Translations under genes and position numbers: made by a program | Notes under the pieces: generated by a model | Database searches by the model: none | Told to the model about the DNA's origin: nothing | What the model saw: the letters and a program-made list of their open reading frames with translations, nothing else | Virus record (IMG/VR): IMGVR_UViG_3300030372_005607 | Span: 1-55,643 of that record | Reading direction: 5' to 3' (one strand) | Length of the DNA stretch: 55,643 nucleotides | Origin: a virus | Lineage: Duplodnaviria; Caudoviricetes | Shown: positions 1 through 7,735 of the stretch, in pieces | Layout: every line of letters begins with the position of its first letter | How positions within the stretch are numbered: position 1 is the first letter of the stretch

Positions 1-78
1 TTACCGGGATTTAAGATTCCTATTCCATTTGAGATAGGAATTATATTTAAGGTTATTCCAGAAAGAATAATGAGGGCC
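1..78. repeat. Terminal direct repeat, left copy (assembly circularisation overlap)
   Basis: Bases 1-78 are identical to 55566-55643 and lie inside a continuous reading frame. Confidence 0.97.
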
Positions 79-828
79 TTGAGCGGAGAGACTGACAGCA
101 GGCAGGCCGCCAATGCAATAATGAGAGGCATTACTAGCTCATTAAAGATGAATCCCTTCGAGGCTCAGGCTACCAAGCCAATCCTAGAGGTTATTGCCAA
201 CCATTCTTTCTTTACTGGCCAGCCAATTGTGCCAATCTACTTGGAGGACAGACTTCCGGAGTTCCAGCGCTTTGATGGAAGCAATGCTCTTGCCGTTTCC
301 ATATCTGAAAACTTTGGTGGTTCTCCGATTGAGATAGAGCACATCCTTAAGGGCTATACCGGAACTGTTGGTACTTGGATGTTGTTTGTAATGGACGACA
401 TGATTAGAAACATGACCAACATGCCTGCCAGACCTTCTTTTAGGGCAGACCAGTGGCCCATGCTCAAGAGGTTCCTTCAGACCGACCTTGGCTCAGAGGG
501 TCAGTTGAGCAATTTTTACGACCTAAGGTCAGAGGTAAGAAAGTTTTCTAACTCATTTAGGGATGCCCTTGAAGTAGGTAACGTAGAAAAGGCACGCGAA
601 ATTTACGAAAGATACCCTGCACTGGAGGGAATAAAGAAAGAGCTTCAGAAAATGGACAATGAGCTTTCCCAGTTAAGAAATTACAAATCTAATGTTTTCC
701 TGAGTCGAATGGACGAAGACGAAAAGCTTAAAATTATTAACAATATAGATGCTCGAAGGAAAGTAGTTACTGCAAAAGTAGGTAAGCTTCGAGAGTACAT
801 GGATCTCCCGGCTTTCGGTAATTTCTAG
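1..828 (+). CDS. C-terminal part (LPD38-like domain) of the giant polyvalent/ejection protein that starts at 49593
   Basis: Frame +1 is open from base 1 (LPGFKIPIPFEIGIIFKVIPER...NHSFFTGQPIV) and in frame with the 49593 ORF across the overlap. KIPxPFExG and NxSFFTGxPI are LPD38-type motifs. Confidence 0.85.
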   Translation, partial: LPGFKIPIPFEIGIIFKVIPERIMRALSGETDSRQAANAIMRGITSSLKMNPFEAQATKPILEVIANHSFFTGQPIVPIYLEDRLPEFQRFDGSNALAVSISENFGGSPIEIEHILKGYTGTVGTWMLFVMDDMIRNMTNMPARPSFRADQWPMLKRFLQTDLGSEGQLSNFYDLRSEVRKFSNSFRDALEVGNVEKAREIYERYPALEGIKKELQKMDNELSQLRNYKSNVFLSRMDEDEKLKIINNIDARRKVVTAKVGKLREYMDLPAFGNF

Positions 829-1151
829 TGGCACTTAGATTGAAAAAAGGCGTTTCTTTACGAGGGGTTAAGCCTGAAATTGCCATTGGCTTGCAGATGA
901 TAGAGGGATTCTTTGTAAAGAATCTTATTAGGGAAGTTTGGGTCACTTCTTGTGTTGACGGTAAGCACAAAAGAGGGTCTCTTCACTATGTAGGGTACGC
1001 AGTGGACCTGAGGGTATGGGCCATTAAGGAAAAAGATAGAGAGAGTTTTACTGAAAGGCTTTCGGATTATCTAGGTGATGAGTTCGATTGCTTATTTGAA
1101 CTTGACCACATTCATGTGGAATTTCAACCAAAGGAAAAGCTAAATGATTGA
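828..1151 (+). CDS. Endolysin, peptidase M15-like
   Basis: VTS...HKRGSLHYVGYAVDLR...DHIHVE carries the H/D/H zinc ligands of M15 peptidases; first gene of the lysis cassette; GTG start. Confidence 0.85.
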   Translation: MALRLKKGVSLRGVKPEIAIGLQMIEGFFVKNLIREVWVTSCVDGKHKRGSLHYVGYAVDLRVWAIKEKDRESFTERLSDYLGDEFDCLFELDHIHVEFQPKEKLND

Positions 1152-1332
1152 TTGGATTACTGGAAATTTTGATGGTGTTATTCAAATTATTACGCAGGTT
1201 GTCGGAATATTCGCCATCGTTGCTGTGTGGACTCCGAACTCTGCAGACAACAAGGTTGCAGACCTTTTGCTTGAAGCCGTCAACTTTCTTGGCGCAAACA
1301 TTGGCAAAGCCAAAAACTCTCCGGATGCGTAA
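1144..1332 (+). CDS. Holin-like small membrane protein
   Basis: 62 aa, hydrophobic segment followed by TPNSADNK; between endolysin and spanins. Confidence 0.65.
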   Translation: MIDWITGNFDGVIQIITQVVGIFAIVAVWTPNSADNKVADLLLEAVNFLGANIGKAKNSPDA

Positions 1333-1610
1333 TGTCAGCTTGGTTGACGTTTGGAATAGTTTTGGTGGTGATCTTTCTTGTCACCATCAAAATTTCCGGT
1401 AAAACGGCTAAGGAATTAGGAAGAGTCGATGAAAGGCGTAGGTCGCTCGAAAGGGATATCAAAAGGGTTGATACCGCCTTTGAAAAACTATCGGAACCTC
1501 TTCCTGATAGGCCCACTCTTGCTCGTCGCTGGTTGTTCCGTATTCGGAAAGCACGGGCACTTGATGAGAGTTCCTCCATGTCCGACTCCGACGATGGCAA
1601 TGGTCATTGA
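1332..1610 (+). CDS. i-spanin (Rz-like)
   Basis: N-terminal TM helix, charged coiled coil, overlapped by a lipoprotein ORF. Confidence 0.7.
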   Translation: MSAWLTFGIVLVVIFLVTIKISGKTAKELGRVDERRRSLERDIKRVDTAFEKLSEPLPDRPTLARRWLFRIRKARALDESSSMSDSDDGNGH

Positions 1611-1701
1611 ACTAGAAGAGGGGAGGATACCTGAGAACACTGAAACATTTCTTGCTGAGTTGGAAAGATACTGTTCGGCTATAGATGCTCTTAGAAATTA
1701 A
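1480..1701 (+). CDS. o-spanin (Rz1-like lipoprotein)
   Basis: From TTG 1480: MKNYRNLFLIGPLLLVAG-C lipobox, Pro-rich mature part, overlapping the i-spanin in another frame. Confidence 0.75.
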   Translation: MKNYRNLFLIGPLLLVAGCSVFGKHGHLMRVPPCPTPTMAMVIELEEGRIPENTETFLAELERYCSAIDALRN

Positions 1702-1755
1702 TAGAGTCCCCATAGCTTACCCCCCCAATCAAAACAACTAAAACAGGAGGGGAAA

Positions 1756-2013
1756 TTGGCTTCAAAGAAAAAGCTTCCTTCATTCGAGCAACTGTCAGAG
1801 TCATTCAAAGACTCGACAATACCTAGCAGGATGAGGAACGATTCTGAAATTTCGGAATGGTTGATAGGCATTTTTAAGATGAGAGATCTCGGTGAATTGC
1901 ATATTAAAAACACTGATATCTCAAGGGAGTTGTCCCTATTCACCGGAATGCCAATAACGGGGGACCACATTTCAAGGGCTTATGGTAGATGGAAAACAAA
2001 AGGAAAACTCTAA
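1756..2013 (+). CDS. Hypothetical protein (possible HTH)
   Basis: AGGAGG RBS, TTG start, helical 85 aa. Confidence 0.55.
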   Translation: MASKKKLPSFEQLSESFKDSTIPSRMRNDSEISEWLIGIFKMRDLGELHIKNTDISRELSLFTGMPITGDHISRAYGRWKTKGKL

Positions 2014-2900
2014 AAAGCAAGGAAGAGTTACAGGCTCACGCAGATCCTCAGAAGAGGGCGGCAGTAATTAACGCAATTCACGAACTCAAGCCGCCCCCCT
2101 CTTACGCAAGAAGCAAAAAGAAGAAAGACATTGGAAAAACCATACTGGTTGTTCCAGACTCTCATGCAAAGGTGGGAGTTCCTAACCACAGGTATGAATG
2201 GTTGGGAAGGCTAGCTACAGATATACAGCCGGATCATATCGTTGACATTGGTGACTGGTTCGATATGCACTCAATGAACGGTTATGACAAGCCTGGGTCT
2301 AGGTCTTTCCGTGGAGCTTCTTACTGGAATGACATAGAGATTGGGCTTGACGCTAGGCTTCGCTTCAAAGACCAGATAGATACTTACAACCGTGGCCGAA
2401 GGAAGGAATACAGGTACGAACCTGAATTAACCTTCTGTGTCGGAAACCACGAACAAAGAATATCTCGGTTCATTGAGGAAGAGCCTAGGTTTGAGGGAGT
2501 TATATCACTCGACGATCTCAGATCCGAGGAACTCGGATGGGAGCAAGTTCCATTTCTAGACATAAAGAATATCGAAGGCTGTAATTTCTCCCATTACTTC
2601 ACATCCGGTGTTATGTCAAGGCCAATATCTGGGATGCATCAGGCTGCCTCGCTTCTTACGAAGCGCTTTGAGACGTGCATTCAAGGACATACCCATACCT
2701 ATGATCACTCGGTCAAGAGCACGGCCAGCAGGCATATACACGGCCTTGTGGTTGGGTGCTTCTTCGAGCATGAGGAAAGCTGGGCTGGCCCCGCTAACCA
2801 TATGTGGAGAAGGGGTTTGTGTGTCCTGAGAAACGTAAAGATGGGCGACTTTGACGTGGAGTGGTGGAGCCTTGAAAGAATCAAGTCCTTATACTCGTAG
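1989..2900 (+). CDS. Calcineurin-like metallophosphoesterase
   Basis: PDSH, GDWFD, GNHE, H and GHTH motifs in canonical order. Confidence 0.92.
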   Translation: MENKRKTLKSKEELQAHADPQKRAAVINAIHELKPPPSYARSKKKKDIGKTILVVPDSHAKVGVPNHRYEWLGRLATDIQPDHIVDIGDWFDMHSMNGYDKPGSRSFRGASYWNDIEIGLDARLRFKDQIDTYNRGRRKEYRYEPELTFCVGNHEQRISRFIEEEPRFEGVISLDDLRSEELGWEQVPFLDIKNIEGCNFSHYFTSGVMSRPISGMHQAASLLTKRFETCIQGHTHTYDHSVKSTASRHIHGLVVGCFFEHEESWAGPANHMWRRGLCVLRNVKMGDFDVEWWSLERIKSLYS

Positions 2901-3258
2901 AAAAGATAAAATCAGAAATAGACTTCATCAGATATCTAGATACCTGCAAGACGAATACAAAGTAAAAGTTAGGTTAAGAGTCGAGAAGATGCCAAAATGC
3001 TCCAAGGATTGTCTTGGTGAAATATGCTTTGACACCGGAAAACTTCCACCGCTAATCAGAGTTTGCAATGGCATCTCAAAATCAGAAGCGATATCAACAC
3101 TTCTCCACGAGTTTGCTCACGCTGTTTCACACGTCAGGCATGGGCCATGCTGGGACAGGGATTATCACGGGCACGACAAAAACTTTGCGATTGTTCTCAA
3201 CGAAATAGAGAACAAATACTTTTACGAGGAGGGGGCTGAAGCCAGCCTTGAATACTAA
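2851..3258 (+). CDS. SprT/zincin-like metallopeptidase (true start uncertain)
   Basis: TLLHEFAH...HGHDKNF. Confidence 0.7.
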   Translation: MTWSGGALKESSPYTRRKDKIRNRLHQISRYLQDEYKVKVRLRVEKMPKCSKDCLGEICFDTGKLPPLIRVCNGISKSEAISTLLHEFAHAVSHVRHGPCWDRDYHGHDKNFAIVLNEIENKYFYEEGAEASLEY

Positions 3259-3260
3259 AG

Positions 3261-3479
3261 ATGAATAAAGATTCTATTCTGCCGAAAGAAATGCCTGCAG
3301 AAGAAGCCACTCGATGTCTATACCAAGCAAAGCAATACATGGAAAGTTCTCTCAGTCTTGTCATGAGAGAATCTGTTGCAAATTGTTTAAATGAAATTGT
3401 CTACCATCAACTAGTGACCCAAATGGGAGACATATTAAACGGCCTTAAGCTCTGTGCCGAAACGCTAGAGGAAAAATAG
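3261..3479 (+). CDS. Hypothetical protein
   Basis: Tightly packed in the operon. Confidence 0.55.
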   Translation: MNKDSILPKEMPAEEATRCLYQAKQYMESSLSLVMRESVANCLNEIVYHQLVTQMGDILNGLKLCAETLEEK

Positions 3480-3494
3480 AATCTTTCGCCTTCT

Positions 3495-3722
3495 CTACTC
3501 GACAGACCATCCCATTGATTTAAATTTTTCAGAATAGCTAGCGCCCCAGCAGCTACCCCCAACTTCTCCCGGTGCAGTGATGCAGACGCAATCGGGGGTT
3601 GCACATGTCCCGTAGCAAACAGAAGACGGGCAATAAGCGCATCTTGCCGATGTTGCGTACCCCAACGCTATAGATATGATAAAAATGGATGAAGCAACTA
3701 CAATCTTTGAAACTAGTTTCAT
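3495..3722 (-). CDS. Small Cys-rich secreted/membrane protein
   Basis: Signal-peptide-like N-terminus followed by 7 Cys in ~32 aa. Confidence 0.6.
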   Translation of the reverse strand: MKLVSKIVVASSIFIISIALGYATSARCAYCPSSVCYGTCATPDCVCITAPGEVGGSCWGASYSEKFKSMGWSVE

Positions 3723-3728
3723 TGCCTT

Positions 3729-3917
3729 TTAGTCCTCCCAGTTTTTAAGAATATATTGTTCAACAGCCCTTCTTACTAACTCAGCACCTGTTAGTTGTTT
3801 CTTGTCGGCTAATTTCTTTAATTTATCAATGTCGCTCTTCAAGAACAAAACATTGTAGTATTGCGTCTCGCCGTTAAGTGAAAACGGCATGAACCTAGCT
3901 CCCGGCATCTTTCTCAT
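3729..3917 (-). CDS. Ribbon-helix-helix DNA-binding protein
   Basis: YNVLF...KLKKLADKKQLTGAELVRRAVEQY fits the CopG/Arc pattern. Confidence 0.7.
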   Translation of the reverse strand: MRKMPGARFMPFSLNGETQYYNVLFLKSDIDKLKKLADKKQLTGAELVRRAVEQYILKNWED

Positions 3918-4128
3918 CCTCCAGATTGATTCTTCTGTGCAAGAACCAGATTGCCTTTTTTAAATCCTTCCGAAGCGATGCCTTCCTCCCCGCCCTAGAT
4001 ATATACTTGACTGCAGATGCCAAATGATGATCAAGCTTCCAGTCTTCGATTACGCAAATTGGCTCGATCTCTCGGCCCTCAATGTAATGCGGTGGGCTGT
4101 AGATGTGTTCGTCCTCATCATCACTCAT
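3895..4128 (-). CDS. DUF3310 family protein
   Basis: SPPHY...IEPI..I...AVKYISRAGRK...DLKKAIWFL. Confidence 0.85.
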   Translation of the reverse strand: MSDDEDEHIYSPPHYIEGREIEPICVIEDWKLDHHLASAVKYISRAGRKASLRKDLKKAIWFLHRRINLEDEKDAGS

Positions 4129-4606
4129 TATAAAATCTTTCCATCAATTGCTTAAAAAGCTTAAGGGCTTCTGGCTTGCTTCTCAATTCTGTTCTCGAAT
4201 TGATGTCTAGCATTGCCTTGAGGCGATCAACTGCTGCCGCTTCTGATCCGACATCAAGCCAATTCCAAAAGCTGTGGTTCGTTCTGCACAGCATCGAAAA
4301 CTTTGCAATGGCTTCGTCTACTTCCTTGGCATCCTTCTGTACTACTGGAAGATCATCCTCCTGTCCAAGCTGCACAAGAACACAGACGTATCGGGTGTTC
4401 GGGGATTGGGTCATCAACGACCTGACTCGTTCGTTCTGGTTCCGCCTGTCATGGCCAAGGTTGGGAGTGTCCAGCACATCCTCTGGATTCAACCTGAGGG
4501 TCACCTTGTGTCCGCCATTTGCGGTCATGCTTGTGCTCACCAATTGAGCTTCAAACTTTATTGTGATCTCTTCTGATTCCATCTTCTCCAAGACCTCATT
4601 GCCCAC
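4121..4606 (-). CDS. Hypothetical phage protein
   Basis: Coupled within the operon; LCR...FWNWL...SRTEL motif. Confidence 0.7.
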   Translation of the reverse strand: MGNEVLEKMESEEITIKFEAQLVSTSMTANGGHKVTLRLNPEDVLDTPNLGHDRRNQNERVRSLMTQSPNTRYVCVLVQLGQEDDLPVVQKDAKEVDEAIAKFSMLCRTNHSFWNWLDVGSEAAAVDRLKAMLDINSRTELRSKPEALKLFKQLMERFYNE

Positions 4607-4845
4607 CTGACTGGGTCAACTCCCCAGCCGACCCAGAAATCCTCCTCATATCCGTGACTGTGACTCTCTGCGTGGTGAAACCTGCACAGTGGAACAGCCA
4701 TGTCATCTCCAGAGGCTTTTTGCCCGAGCCCTCTCTTGATGCCTGTAACCGAGGGCCTCAGGTGGTGAGCATCCACGCCCGTCCTTTCGCAGATCAGACA
4801 TGGATGGCTCCTCACCTCAATCAAATATTGATTGTCTTTTTTCAA
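4558..4845 (-). CDS. DUF968/HNH-like zinc-binding putative nuclease
   Basis: CLIC...AHH...PLCRFHHAESH. Confidence 0.75.
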   Translation of the reverse strand: MKKDNQYLIEVRSHPCLICERTGVDAHHLRPSVTGIKRGLGQKASGDDMAVPLCRFHHAESHSHGYEEDFWVGWGVDPVRWAMRSWRRWNQKRSQ

Positions 4846-5180
4846 AGCGCGAAGGGGTCCTCTTCCTCTTCAACCTTGTGAGACGAAGCCTTTCCGTTTG
4901 CCTTCGCTCCGTTTGCCTTGAAGCTGTTGTCTTCAAGACAAAGTGAAAAGTACGAATCTCCCGTTGACTCATCCTTCCTCTTCCAAAGAGCCACCGAAAT
5001 CCAAGTCTCGTTCTCTTCTTTGAATTCGCTGACAAGATTTTTGATGAACATCGCGCATTCGCGATTCTTGTCATCCGCGTTGTTGCCGCTGAATCCGCCG
5101 ACGCGGATAGACCCTTTGAGGTCTGGGCGACTACCACCAGAATTGGGGTTTACCTGAACATTCCCGTACATTTTTGCCAT
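4842..5180 (-). CDS. Putative ssDNA-binding protein (DUF736-like)
   Basis: PDLKGSI...VALWKR...YFSL and an acidic EEEEDPFAL tail; next to recombination genes. Confidence 0.65.
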   Translation of the reverse strand: MAKMYGNVQVNPNSGGSRPDLKGSIRVGGFSGNNADDKNRECAMFIKNLVSEFKEENETWISVALWKRKDESTGDSYFSLCLEDNSFKANGAKANGKASSHKVEEEEDPFAL

Positions 5181-5816
5181 TTATTTCTCCCTTGTTAAAA
5201 GCTGTCTTTTTTCGTCAATCACTTCTTTGATTTTTTCCGTTACCACAGGGTATGAATCTTTTAATTTTTTAAGTTCTTCTTTATTTTCCTCAAAATATTT
5301 TTTCAATTCACCCATGCTTTTCATTCCATCGATCCACCCAGCGTGAAGATCGAAGATGCTTTTCTCGTGTTTTTTCAAGGCCACTTTTTCATGCGTATGT
5401 TCATCCTGTTCGACATTCTCTCCCTTGCTGAAGTCGTCAGCTTCGTCTTGTCCATAGATTCCGAACTTGTAGGCACCAACCAATTTCAAAACTGCCCTGG
5501 CGAGTGCGCGCTTTTCAGCCATCTCGGCCACGTAGTTTGATTTTGAGTTCCCCCCGCTTCCGCAAAGAGCCGAAGCGTAAGTCTCAATCCTAACATCGCC
5601 CTTGGTTGCGATTGCCTTCATCACAGCAAAATTCTCCCGAAGTTGCTGAGCTTCAAACTCAACTCGGATGTCATTTAGGTATTGTATTTTTTCGATTCCC
5701 GTGCGGCAAATGATGGTTTGCTTCTTGCCTCCCATTTTCAAATCGAAGAGATCTTCTTTTCGCACGAGTTCGTTTTTTTCGATGAGTTCTTCCAAAAAAT
5801 CGTTTTTGTTTTGCAT
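5181..5816 (-). CDS. Putative single-strand annealing recombinase
   Basis: AEMAEKRALARAVLK...IYGQDEADDF; located between exonuclease and SSB. Confidence 0.55.
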   Translation of the reverse strand: MQNKNDFLEELIEKNELVRKEDLFDLKMGGKKQTIICRTGIEKIQYLNDIRVEFEAQQLRENFAVMKAIATKGDVRIETYASALCGSGGNSKSNYVAEMAEKRALARAVLKLVGAYKFGIYGQDEADDFSKGENVEQDEHTHEKVALKKHEKSIFDLHAGWIDGMKSMGELKKYFEENKEELKKLKDSYPVVTEKIKEVIDEKRQLLTREK

Positions 5817-5823
5817 CTTAGTT

Positions 5824-6714
5824 TTACTTCCTCCTGTATCCCTTTTCCCTACGTTTCAACCAATCTAAATTTTGAGTGCAGAACGAACTGACTGGACAAA
5901 AGCTTTCGCACCGCCTGTATCGGCCGACAACCTCCACGATTTCTGCGTTGTCAGCGTCACTGCCATGAAATGCCGCGGTTGCATCTCGCTTCAACCGAAA
6001 GGTATCCAGCAAAATGTCGTCCTCCCAAACTTGCCACTTCTTGCCTCCGGGCCAACGCCCTCCGTGGGAACAATCTGGAAGGTTTTTCTCCGCTTCGCAA
6101 TGAAGACTCATCCGTTCTCTTACGAATTCCTCGGCCTCTCCATCGTCCCACATTGGCAATTGCAGGGTCACCCCGGGATTGCTGGGGTAGTCCCTCGTTC
6201 GCTCTGCTGTGGCCATCGAGAAGTCTCTGATGAATGCGTAAATTTCCAATCCAATCACTTCGGAGTCTGGCTTCTCTCGCTCGACCAGCCATCTGTAGAT
6301 GTTCAATTGCTGCTCCCACTTTGAAGTGTCGCGAAGCGAATACGCGCCCGTCAGCTTGTAATCCCCGATGATGATTTTTTCTTTTCCGTTTTCATCCTTT
6401 AAGACAATCTGCAGATCCATGGCCCCAGAGATTTTCTTGCCCTCAAAAATGGTGAACAGTCTTTCCTCGGCAATCTCTCCAGGGCCAGCGTCCTGAGACA
6501 AAAGCTCGTGGAAGATGGTGCTGAGGTATTTCCAGGGTGAAACATACGGATCATCCTCTATTTCTGATGAATGAATCTCAGTCAGTATTTTGATTCGAGG
6601 CTCATCCATGAGGGATGTTGCCGTGAAATCAGAATCGCCCGAATCGTAGTGAGGTTTCTGGGCGTATCGGATGAGTGGGCCAGGAGCGTTGTGGTTGTTG
6701 ATAATCTTTGCCAT
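5824..6714 (-). CDS. PD-(D/E)XK (Cas4-like) exonuclease
   Basis: ISGAMD...DYK...QLNIY and C-terminal RC..FC.V..FC; ATG 6714 has GAGGAAGG upstream. Confidence 0.85.
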   Translation of the reverse strand: MAKIINNHNAPGPLIRYAQKPHYDSGDSDFTATSLMDEPRIKILTEIHSSEIEDDPYVSPWKYLSTIFHELLSQDAGPGEIAEERLFTIFEGKKISGAMDLQIVLKDENGKEKIIIGDYKLTGAYSLRDTSKWEQQLNIYRWLVEREKPDSEVIGLEIYAFIRDFSMATAERTRDYPSNPGVTLQLPMWDDGEAEEFVRERMSLHCEAEKNLPDCSHGGRWPGGKKWQVWEDDILLDTFRLKRDATAAFHGSDADNAEIVEVVGRYRRCESFCPVSSFCTQNLDWLKRREKGYRRK

Positions 6715-6866
6715 TTGCCTTCCTCTGATTTTGCACACTACCTAAACGACAGCCTATGTCAACGAATCTTTAGATCTAAAATTTGTTTTGAATTGAATTA
6801 ACTGTTAAACACGACATATTCCGTTGTTATTGTTACATTTTTACTGATTTTAAATTTGGAATAAAA

Positions 6867-7241
6867 ATGATTCTTTGGACTCAAACAATTTTAGGAGAGC
6901 CTGCGAGCAAGGCAAATTCTAGAAGGCTTGTTTCGCTTGGCGGAAAGCCCCGTTTCATCAAAAGCCAGAAGGCTTTGGAGTACTCTCGGGATTTTGCTGC
7001 TCAGGTTTTGCCTCCCGAACAGGAAATATGCGAGGACATTTGTGTCAGAATAAAAATTTGGTATCGCACGAGAAGACCCGATCTCGACCCAAGCTTAATC
7101 TTTGACCTTCTTCAAAAGGAAAGAGTTATAAAAAATGACAGACAAATCAAGGAGATACACGCATTCCATGGCCTCGACAAGGAGAAACCCAGATCTCAAA
7201 TCGAAATTTCGACGGTGAGCGCAGACTCTGGATTGCAGTGA
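6867..7241 (+). CDS. rusA: RusA-like Holliday junction resolvase
   Basis: GEPASKANSR...RRPDLD..LIFDLLQ...NDRQI...LDKEKPR. Confidence 0.85.
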   Translation: MILWTQTILGEPASKANSRRLVSLGGKPRFIKSQKALEYSRDFAAQVLPPEQEICEDICVRIKIWYRTRRPDLDPSLIFDLLQKERVIKNDRQIKEIHAFHGLDKEKPRSQIEISTVSADSGLQ

Positions 7242-7465
7242 TCCTGCAAGCCTTCAGGGATTTCTGCAGCGAAAACCACAAGGATGTCGCTGGGGTATTC
7301 AAATGGCTTTCAACACCAGATTTCATCCACACCGCCCACATGGCACAGGTCGATGAACACTTGATTCTGGAAACATTCAAAAGGCTTGGCCAATTCAAAC
7401 CTTCTGTGCGAAAAAAAATGCTTCGAGAGATATCGCGGCAAATTTACGGTGGCCCGTCTCAATGA
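7238..7465 (+). CDS. Hypothetical protein
   Basis: GTGA overlap with rusA. Confidence 0.6.
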   Translation: MILQAFRDFCSENHKDVAGVFKWLSTPDFIHTAHMAQVDEHLILETFKRLGQFKPSVRKKMLREISRQIYGGPSQ

Positions 7466-7495
7466 AAAAACCGGCCAGCCACGAGGGCTGACCGG
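7465..7495 (-). terminator. Intrinsic terminator, minus strand
   Basis: CCGGTCAGCC-CTCGT-GGCTGGCCGG-TTTTTT; one pair is a G-U wobble only on the minus strand. Confidence 0.8.
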
Positions 7496-7544
7496 CAGGA
7501 GGAAGGCACCACAAAGGGGCCTATGCTGGTCGGCAAAAACCAGC
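7465..7544 (-). ncRNA. Candidate ~80-nt small RNA with an exposed anti-Shine-Dalgarno segment
   Basis: Own promoter; 5' hairpin GCTGGT/ACCAGC starting at the predicted +1; TGCCTTCCTCCTG segment; intrinsic terminator; no ORF inside. Confidence 0.6.
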
Positions 7545-7550
7545 CTCTGG

Positions 7551-7579
7551 AAATTATCACATTTAAAAATTTTAGGCAA
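7551..7579 (-). promoter_or_regulatory. Sigma70-like promoter for the candidate sRNA
   Basis: TTGCCT-17 nt-TAATTT with TGn extension; predicted +1 near 7544. Confidence 0.55.
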
Positions 7580-7584
7580 GCGAC

Positions 7585-7614
7585 TTGACAACCGAAACAA
7601 ATCGATACTATAGG
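7585..7614 (+). promoter_or_regulatory. Sigma70-like promoter for primase-helicase
   Basis: Perfect TTGACA at 7585-7590; -10 is TACTAT (15-nt spacer) or TATAGG (18-nt spacer), overlapped by TAGGTACCT. Confidence 0.5.
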
Positions 7615-7728
7615 TACCTCTCGGCGTGGCTTCCTGTCCCTATTAGCTTTCCTGAAGCCTTGAGGATTTGGTTGCTCCGATTTTTTAGGTTTTAAAGAAA
7701 TAGGTATATTTTTTAGGTACCTACAGGG
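7608..7728. repeat. Pair of TAGGTACCT(A) palindromic sites upstream of primase-helicase
   Basis: TAGGTACCT 7611-7619 and TAGGTACCTA 7714-7723; 7712-7728 is identical to 20260-20276. Confidence 0.8.
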
Positions 7729-7735
7729 GGGGGGA

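Noticed and set aside
1-78. Biological terminal repeat or att site
   Set aside because: The exact overlap lies mid-gene and has an assembler k-mer-like length, so it is best read as a circular assembly artefact
70-828. Independent 252-aa gene
   Set aside because: The frame is open from base 1 and continues the 49593 ORF
5824-6714. CRISPR-Cas adaptation module
   Set aside because: The Cas4-like nuclease sits in a recombination block; no cas1/cas2 and no repeat-spacer array seen
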